From the NCBI GenBank assembly GCA_951406725.2, contig OX597830.1, positions 63,736,001-63,800,000 of the forward strand: a stretch of 64,000 nucleotides of DNA, read 5' to 3'. The notes below the pieces were generated by a model, which made no database searches, had not been told where the DNA came from, and was given only the letters and a program-made list of their open reading frames with translations. A program made the translations under genes and the position numbers. Numbering within the stretch: the first letter of the stretch is position 1; each line of letters opens with the position of its first letter. The DNA comes from Octopus vulgaris (lineage: Eukaryota). This document shows, piece after piece, positions 54,977 to 64,000 of the stretch.

Positions 54977-56430
54977 GGAGATGGTATACATCATGCTACT
55001 ATGAAGGAAAAAATAAGAAAGGAATACTATAGGAGAATAAGGCTTGTACTGAAGACTGAACTCAACTCCAAAAATTGCATTGAGGTCATTAACACCCTGG
55101 CACTTCCAGTAGTCCAGTACAGTTTTAACATCATTAACTGGAACCTTACGGAACTCCAACGCTTGGACAGGAAGACAAGAAAGTTACTGACATCCAAGAG
55201 CATGCACCACCCTAAGGCAGATGTAGACCGCTTGTACCTACCTAGAAGCAGCGGGGGAGAGGAATGATGCAATTAGAGCTGTGCTATAAGACCTCTACTG
55301 TAGGAATGAACAAAGGACTGGATGCTGCGACTTGTGTGCGAACACGAAAGCAGCAAAAAGCTACATTCTATTGTCAAGGAAGCTTATAAGTTCGAAAGGG
55401 AACTAGACATTAACCTTGAATCAGATGAAGAGCCGGAAACCACTGCTACCGAGCAAGCAAAGCGAATCAAGCAGACTGCAAAAAAGAACGGGCAAAATCA
55501 AATTGAGAGGCGGTGGAGCCAGAAGCCCCTGCATGGACAATATATTCTCCGAAGCCAAAATGCTGATGTAGACCAAGCAACAACCCATCAGTGGCTGAAG
55601 AGCTCTGGATTGAAAGCAGAGACTGAAGGTTTCATAATGGCAGCACAAGATCAAAGCTTGTTTACCAGAAATTACCAGGCTAACGTTCTCCGAAACGGTA
55701 CTGACCCTAAATGCAGATTCTGCGACACATTTGACGAAACGATAGACCATCTCGTTTCGGGATGTCCTGTGCTGACACCAAACGAATACAAAAATCGCCA
55801 CGATAGGGTAGGACAGTATATACATTGGAAGATATGTAAACACTACAAATCCGACACTCCTGCTAACTGGTATGAACACCATCCTCAGCCAGTTGTTGAA
55901 GGTGAAGATGTCACCATCCTCTGGGATTTTCCAGTCAACACTGACAGAACGATCAAGGCTAATCGACCAGACATAATTGTTAAAGACAGGGAAGAAAATA
56001 CCTGCAGGCTAATAGAAGTAAGCGTCCCCACTGATTAAAATGTATCTGTCAAGGAATTTGACAAACTTAGTAAATATAAGGACCTGGAAATCGAAATACA
56101 GAGGATGTGGAATCTTAAAACAAAAACTGTTCCTGTTATTGTAGGTGCCCTAGGTATGATAAAAAAGGGATGTCAGAAACACCTAGACAATATCCCTGGA
56201 AAACCATGTCTCAAGGAAATCCAAAAGATTGTGCTAACAAGTACTGCCCACATCCTTAGAAAAACCCTATCAATGTAAATGTTTGTGTTTGCATTACATG
56301 GAGATATATCTCTACTTCCCCTCCCCAAGCTTTCAGCTATATTTCAACAACTCTTAACCTTCACTTGCCCTAGGGCGCTGGGTGTGCCCCGGCAGGTGAT
56401 TGCATCAAACATGCAGATTAAAAGTAAATG
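54975..56430 (+). mobile_element. R4/Dong-like non-LTR retrotransposon, 5'-truncated (RT thumb, CCHC, REL endonuclease), inactivated
   Basis: HHPKADVDRLYLPR..GG, KPLHGQY, LKAETEGFIMAAQDQ, CRFC..ETIDHLVSGC, RHDRVG, ILWDF..TDRTIKANRPDII, then KYKDL..VIVGALG after a stop codon. Flanked by (TAA)n. Confidence 0.9.
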
Positions 56431-56452
56431 ACAATGATAATAATAATAATAA

Positions 56453-57242
56453 TCCCAGCAATGTTTGAGAAGCTCAGGACTCAAAGCAGAGACTGAAGGA
56501 TTTTTAATTGCAGCACAAGATCAAAGCACCCCCACCAGAAATTACCAAAAACATATAATGAAAAGAAACATAACAAGTAACTGCAGAATATGTGGAGATG
56601 GACAAGAAACAATAAATCATATTATCTTTGGCTGCCCAGTCCTGGCTAAGAAGGAATATATTCACAGACACGACAGAGTTGGGACCTACATAGTTTGGAA
56701 GCTATGCCAACAATATGGAATAACAACAGAAAAAAGATGGTATAAGCGCACACCAGAAAAGGTAACAGAAAACGAGAAAGCAACCGTACTGTAGGATATT
56801 CCAATACACACAGATAGAGAAATTAAGGCCAATAGGCCAGATATAGTTGTCAGAGATCATGAAGAAAAAAATGCTTTCTAATTGATGTATCAATACCAGC
56901 AGATGACAAAGTTTCTCTAAAAGAAATGGAGAACATTTCAAAATACAGAAACCTGGAAACAGAGGTAACTCGGTGGAATCTAAAAACAGAAACAATTCTT
57001 GTCATAGTAGGCGCATTAGGTATGATAAAAAAATATTCAGACAAATACATAACAAAACACCAGGACTTACAAATATATATAACTCAGAAAATTGCACTAC
57101 TGGGCACTGCACACATCCTACGCAAAACACTTTCAATACAGTAACCATGAGAGCATCACAGCAAACCACAGCACATACCCAAGGCACACAGAGCTGCGCT
57201 CGGTAGGGAAGTGAAAGCACGCTATAAAAATAAAACTACTGA
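56453..57242 (+). mobile_element. R4/Dong-like LINE 3' fragment (second family)
   Basis: LKAETEGFLIAAQDQ, CRIC..ETINHII.GC, HRHDRVG, RPDIVV, IVGALG, ALLGTAHILRK. Followed by (TAA)n. Confidence 0.9.
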
Positions 57243-57257
57243 ATAATAATAATGATG

Positions 57258-57360
<103 letters not shown>

Positions 57361-57365
57361 TAATG

Positions 57366-57427
<62 letters not shown>

Positions 57428-57973
57428 TGAAAGTCAGCCAAACAGTTTAAAACATTTTAAAAAATAAAAGTTGTTTCTTGTCAGATTCTTAAATTGAAAC
57501 AATATTAAAAAAATTTCAGAGCGTGATAAAGACTTTTTAAACTACTTCAAAACATTTTCCATGTAATATTTCATAGAACATAAATCGAGTAGATTTAGAT
57601 CGTTAATATCGAGTTATATGTTCTAAAGGCGATCATTCGCTTTAGAACCGACAATAAAATAGAACTAAAGAAGTATGGTTTTTCGCCACAAAAATAATTT
57701 TAGATGATGGTAAAGCAATGATTTATTTTTTTGCTTTAGATATCTGATTTTTCACCAAAAGTCTTAATCATTTTGTAGCAGAGTCCAGAAACTGAAATAT
57801 AATAGATTTTTCACCAATAAAATCATTTATCAGACGAATACTTCGGATAAAGTAATTCTTCTGAGCCAGTTATTCATTATTAATTATCTTCTCCACAATG
57901 TAATATGAGCTCTCGGTCTTTTTTCTTCTTCCATCTTTCTTTTCTTTTTTTTTTTTAAATTTATCTTCTACCT

Positions 57974-58194
57974 ATTTCTTTACTACCCACAAGGGGCTAA
58001 ACACAGAGAGGACAAACAAGGACAGACAAACGATTAAGTCGATTACATCGATCCCAGTGCGTAACTGGTACTTAATTTATCGACCCCGAAAGGATGAAAG
58101 GCAAAGTCGACCTCGGCGGAATTTGAACTCAGAACGTAACGGCAGACAAAATACGGCCACGCATTTCGCCCGGGGTGCTAACGTTTCTGCCAGC
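57974..58194 (-). mobile_element. SINE family B monomer with 10-bp TSD
   Basis: TSD tcttctacct at 57964-57973 and 58195-58204. Confidence 0.9.
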
Positions 58195-58399
58195 TCTTCT
58201 ACCTGTTTCAGTCATTAGACTGTAACCATGCTAGGGAACCACTTTTCAGGGTTTTATCCAAACAAATCGACCCCAGTACTTATTTTTAAATTTTGTAATT
58301 GTCATATCGACCGCTAAGTTAAGGGGACATAAACAAACTAATACCAATTGTTAAACACTGGGGCACACAAACATAGGCACAAAGAAGCATCGATGTATA

Positions 58400-58552
58400 T
58401 AAAGTAGTATTAGAAAGTTCCCAGCCTAGTTATGTTTAATAAAAAATAACTTATTTACCTAAGTTTTAACATCATCTCCTTCGGAATAGTTACCTTGCGC
58501 AGCAATAAACAGGTCCCAGCGTTCCTGTTACATTTGGAATCCAGCCTGAAAG
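58400..58552 (-). mobile_element. mariner 3' end fragment
   Basis: FQ..QERWDLFIAAQGNYSEGD; TIR-like gaaagttcccagcct. Confidence 0.65.
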
Positions 58553-58588
58553 TCTGTACGTCTTTCCAGTATGGCAGCAATAATAATA

Positions 58589-58936
58589 GTTAAGTTAAGT
58601 TAAGTTAAGTTAAGTTTTTGGCTCAAAAAGGAAAAAGCAAGGCCATGTAGGGGGACATGGAGTTATGTACAGGGAGGGTGTTCATGCAAAGAGTTCAGGC
58701 CATTTCTGGTCAAGAGAGACTTTGAACCGAGCGGTCGTCGGCATCTTCACTATCTCGTTCGGCAGCTTATTCCACAGATCCGCAACCCGGACGGAGAAAG
58801 TCCCTCTCCTTCGATTGAGATGAAATCGTTGCAGATAGAGCTTTTCGGAGTGACCCCGCAGCCGACGCTCTGGAGGAGGAGTGAAGAACAGCTCTTTCGA
58901 GAGGTTACACTTTCCGCTTATGATGTTGTGAGCAAG
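58589..58936 (-). mobile_element. CR1-type LINE 3' end with (AACTT)n tail
   Basis: LRGHSEKL...RRGTFSVRVADLWNKLP...FKVSLD. Interrupts an (AAT)n run that is intact in the paralogous segment at 54329-54350. Confidence 0.88.
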
Positions 58937-59824
58937 AATAATAAAGATATGAAACAATGGAGTGAGTGAAAGTGGGACTAAAATCAGTGTACACGAGGGT
59001 AGGCGTGGAGTCTCAGAGCCTTGGCTAGCAACCCACCTTGTGATGCCGTCACGATGAAAATACTGGTGACTGCACAACCTTATAAATGCTACCTCTCAAT
59101 GAGTGATATCAAAATTAAATAATGACTATAATTGCGCTAACGGGTCTGGGTCTGTTTACAGTGAAGGTGCCACGCACGGCAGGCAGGGACTATCTGATCA
59201 AGTTCTGGCAGGTCGTCATCAAGCTATCGATCAGGACAAAAATCGCCTGTTCAGAAGTTTACTAAAAATATAAACAGTTAAGAAACTATAATTCTTTGGT
59301 TTCATTTTATTGACCAGTCTCATAGTCATTCAAATACGTTTTAATGGCGAATTCCCTCTCATTTTATCGTCGCTAAATTTTCATTGTCGGGGGCGATTTC
59401 AGTTTCATTTTTGTCAGCCATATGTCAAAACAATTTTCTTCACAATCTTTTTTTTTAAACGTATTTTTTTCACGCTAAATTTTATTCATTCTCTCTCTTT
59501 CTCTTTCTCTCATTCCCCTTCTTTTTCTCTCACTCCCTCTCTCTTTCTCCCTAACTTCGATATTATCTAAATGAAAAACATTAAAAAAAAATAATAACAA
59601 GGGGGTGTTTATTAAGAAATTCACTCAACTTTTATTTTATTTTAATTTAGTTATTAAAAATCAGAATCTTCAGCTAAAAGTGCTTTCAAAATTTTCAGAG
59701 TGTGAAAAATAATTCTAAACAGGTTTATGCACTGCTTCATGTGTAATCTCGTCGCGCATAAACTGAATAAATTTAGGCCTTTAATTTTTTTTTAAAAAAT
59801 GGACAGCAATTTCTTTTTGTATAT

Positions 59825-59880
<56 letters not shown>

Positions 59881-59994
59881 TTCTCTCTTTCCCACGCACA
59901 TACTCAAACGCACATACAAAAAATAAAATGTAAAAATCAGAAAATATAATTTGAAGGACTAATATATTTACACACAATTTTACAAATCCTGAAC

Positions 59995-60044
<50 letters not shown>

Positions 60045-60074
60045 CATACATACATATATATATATATGTATATA

Positions 60075-60193
<119 letters not shown>

Positions 60194-60208
60194 GTATATA
60201 TATATGTA

Positions 60209-60255
<47 letters not shown>

Positions 60256-60279
60256 ATGTATGTATGTATATATATATAT

Positions 60280-60755
60280 CGTTCAAAATTGTACAAAAAC
60301 AAAAAGCAAAAGCAAGGACATGCGTGGGAACAACAAACAAAGTCTATTAATTGGACTTTCAGGAAAAACGAAAGAGTCTTCGACGTTTCGAACCTGCGCT
60401 CTTCTACAGAAAGAAATGAGGAGAGAAAACAACAGATGGAGGGACGAAAAAAACAGAGAGAGAAAAAATATGTTAAGTCTCAAGATGCAACGATGAAGGA
60501 AATGTAGTCGTGTACAGTCATAGTTAACACGTTCGAGTACACTGAGACGTGAGAAGACCTTCCGCTGCAGAAATAGTCCAGGGAGAAAATTCTACTCCTT
60601 GAAGACATGTGTGGAAACACATATTGGAATGTGAGTGACGTCGTTGGATCGTAGGGCGCACGCGCTTTGGCGTTCTCTCATGTCGACTATAAACATTAAA
60701 CCCGTTATTCACAGCCCGATAAGAAAGAATGCATTCCTATTCGAACAGCATACGG
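60280..60755 (-). mobile_element. Decayed PLE 3' end (HHR module plus possible eroded endonuclease tail)
   Basis: 60280-60480 is homologous to 34911-35100 and 12110-12290. Both sides abut TA-rich microsatellite. Confidence 0.6.
60377..60414 (-). ncRNA. Hammerhead-like motif (U6 variant), same family
   Basis: Minus strand reads tcttt CTGTAGA a GAGC gcag GTTC GAAAC GTC gaaga. Confidence 0.62.
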
Positions 60756-60807
60756 TAGGTGCATGTATGTATGCATATATATGTATATACATACATATAT
60801 ATATGCA

Positions 60808-60856
<49 letters not shown>

Positions 60857-60956
60857 GTATATATATGTATATATATATTCATACATATATACAGTATATA
60901 TATATATAATATATATATTCTCAGAACCCACGTCTTATACTACTTATCTATCTAAA

Positions 60957-60990
<34 letters not shown>

Positions 60991-60992
60991 TA

Positions 60993-61063
<71 letters not shown>

Positions 61064-61137
61064 CCGAAAATGACCGAAACCGGTACTGAAATGTTCACTA
61101 TAAAATTATTTTAGCATTTTCTATTTTTGACTTGTTT

Positions 61138-61233
<96 letters not shown>

Positions 61234-61506
61234 GGGTAAAATATTTTGTTTTATATTAGTTAGGCTTCGGACCTACAAGTTTCACCATTAACGACTTATT
61301 CAACCAAAATTTAAAATACGTGTAGATCCGTGTGTCATGTATGTACTGTACACAAATGCACACACATGCACACGTACACACAAACACACAGACACACTCA
61401 CATGCGTATATATGTACTGTACGTATGTTGTTTAACATACCTGGTAAAGCACACCAAAATAAGAATATATTTCATTTGTAAGATACGTGGTTATTCACTC
61501 TGTCAC

Positions 61507-61866
61507 TAGGGCAGCGGACTCGCGGTCATAGGATCGTGGTTTCGATTCCGAGACCGGGCGTTGTGAGTGTTTATTGAGCGAAAACACCTATAAGCTCCAC
61601 GAGGCTCCGGCAGGGGATGGTGGTGATCCCTGCTGTACTCTTTCACCATAACTTTCTCTCACTCTTACTTCCTGTTTCTGTTGTACCTGTATTTCAAGGG
61701 GCCGGCCTTGTCACTCTCTGTGTCACGCTGAATATCCCCGAGAACTACGTTAAGGGTGCACATCTCTGTGGAGTGCTCAGTCACTTACACGTTAATTTCA
61801 CGAGCAGGCTGTTCTGTTGATTCGGATCAACCGCAACCCTCGTCGTCGTAACCGACGGAGTGCTTC
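61507..61866 (+). mobile_element. SINE family C, slightly 5'-truncated
   Basis: Near-identical to 1290-1648. Confidence 0.9.
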
Positions 61867-62209
61867 ACAAAAAGAAAAATCCCGCTCAATATGATCCTTC
61901 ACATAACAATGGAGGCCAATTGATTTCTAATATATTTTGGAAGGATCGTATCGAGCTGGAAACTCTGAATAACGATGGAATGAACAAACTTTGTCTCTGT
62001 CTCTCTCTCTATCACTCTGTCTCTTTCTCTCACTCTGTTTCTCTCTCACTCTCACTGTTTCTCTCTCAATCTGTCTCTCTCTCACACACAGACAAAAAGC
62101 ACACACACACTCTCAAAGGTACATACACATGTGTATATGTATGTGCATTTGTGTGTATGTATATAACATATTATGTATCATAAACGTATATGTATGTATA
62201 TATACATAA

Positions 62210-62259
<50 letters not shown>

Positions 62260-63533
62260 CCATATAACATATCTTAAGTAGGCGCCATAAAGTAATATTT
62301 AGGAAGCTTTGGAGGTGTCTGTGCGCGTGGGTACATAGAAGGAGGGGGGTTTACAAGGCAGAAGAAAGAGAAGAACGAAATAAATGAAGAAAGAAAGAAC
62401 TTTTATGACATCAAAAAATAGGTGTTTAGGAGGAAAATAGAAACAGGTAAACACGAAATGAAAATAAAAGACAATGGGGAAAGAAGTGAGAAATGGAAAG
62501 CGGTAGGGGGGGGGGAGAAACATAGACAGATAAACATACAGATGGATAGACGGATAGAATTAGGGAGAGAGAAGAGGAAAGGAGGAGAAATAGGGAGAGC
62601 GATAATTAATAAAGAATACTGGGGAAAAGACAAAGAGCGAGTAACAAAGAAGTAAAGAAATAAGAAGGAAATGAGAACGACCCTAAAATCTAACGAAAAC
62701 AGTAAAATATCAAGTTTGAAAATTGGTAGGTGGGGGGGCGAGAGAAAGAAGACATCGCTGACACCACAACGTCCACCATCAGCTTCACCACTTCTTCCTC
62801 TTCTACAACCACTCATACATACACTATATACATTATATAACATTATTGGACTTAAATGTTGAAACTATTATTATTAGTATTGTCATTATTGCTATTGCAG
62901 CTGTTGATGATTTTGCGGTTGTTTCTATTGTTTAATTTGTTTTCTTCATGGTGTTATCCTTTGTCTCCCACACTCCTTGTTTATTGGATATGCAAACAAA
63001 TACACACACACACACACACACATGCATGCATGCACAGGTGCATGTACACATACACACGCTCTTATATTTGGCAAATGTAATATAATGAAATATCAAATAT
63101 CTTCTTTTTTTGTCGCGCGGCCGCTAACAACAATGCCACACAAACATTATAATAGTGTTAACCAGGCAAAAGTAAAACAATCCACGACAATATCGTCAAC
63201 AACATATACGATAATAATATAGCCAGAAGTCATCAGGAATGTCGATGCGATACTTCATCACTTCTTTACACTTAATACACTTCAGCTACTCCACTAATTC
63301 ACCCTCTCCCTCTCCCCGCCTCCGAGCCACCCTCTCGCTCCCGCGCGCAAGAAGTGTTTGTCACTCTCTTCTCGCTCTCTCTCTCTCTCTTTCGCTTTCG
63401 CTCTCACGTTTGCCATCATATATGCATCTTGATGAGAATACGCAGAAAAACTGCCACACACACACATGCACACACATATACACACGCATTGCCTATATAT
63501 ATATACATATATAAATATATTTATATGTGTGTG

Positions 63534-63569
<36 letters not shown>

Positions 63570-63612
63570 TATACATATATATATGTATGTATATATAAAT
63601 GCGTGTGTGCAA

Positions 63613-63684
<72 letters not shown>

Positions 63685-63886
63685 ATTTATTATATAATAT
63701 ATATATATATACAAATATATACACAGACACACACACATATATACATACATATATATATATACATATATATTACATGTGTGTGTGCATATATATTTGCGTC
63801 TATATTTCTACTTATGCATGTATACATGCAAGTATATGTAAATGTATGTATGTATCTATTTATCTATCTATCTATATATATATATG

Positions 63887-63932
<46 letters not shown>

Positions 63933-64000
63933 GCACACACCTGTGTGTGTGCGTGTATCATTATATGAATGTGCGCATGTCTGGTTTTTATACGTATGCA

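Overview
This is AT-rich eukaryotic non-coding DNA, dominated by (TA)n, (TG)n, (TAA)n, (TATC)n and (ATC)n microsatellites and by transposon debris. The repeat landscape suggests an octopus genome (inference). No intact host gene is supportable, and almost all ORF-track entries are translations of simple repeats. Recognisable content: (1) a young, 5'-truncated Penelope-like element (PLE) with an uninterrupted RT + Cys-linker + GIY-YIG ORF (about 34911-37598, minus strand); (2) three tRNA-derived SINE families in more than 25 copies, several with clear target-site duplications (TSDs); (3) eight R4/Dong-like restriction-like-endonuclease LINE fragments, all in (TAA)n arrays and all in the same orientation relative to the repeat; (4) Tx1/L1 and CR1 3' ends; (5) piggyBac, Tc1/mariner and MULE-like remnants. 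The most notable signal is about a dozen type-I hammerhead ribozyme (HHR) motifs of several sequence families. They include non-canonical cores (G3-C8, U6) and palindromic/inverted arrangements, and mostly sit in short modules inserted in (TA)n. One HHR-bearing 3' module is shared between the Penelope element and a Tx1/L1-type ORF2 end. All family assignments are by eye; no searches or folding computations were run.
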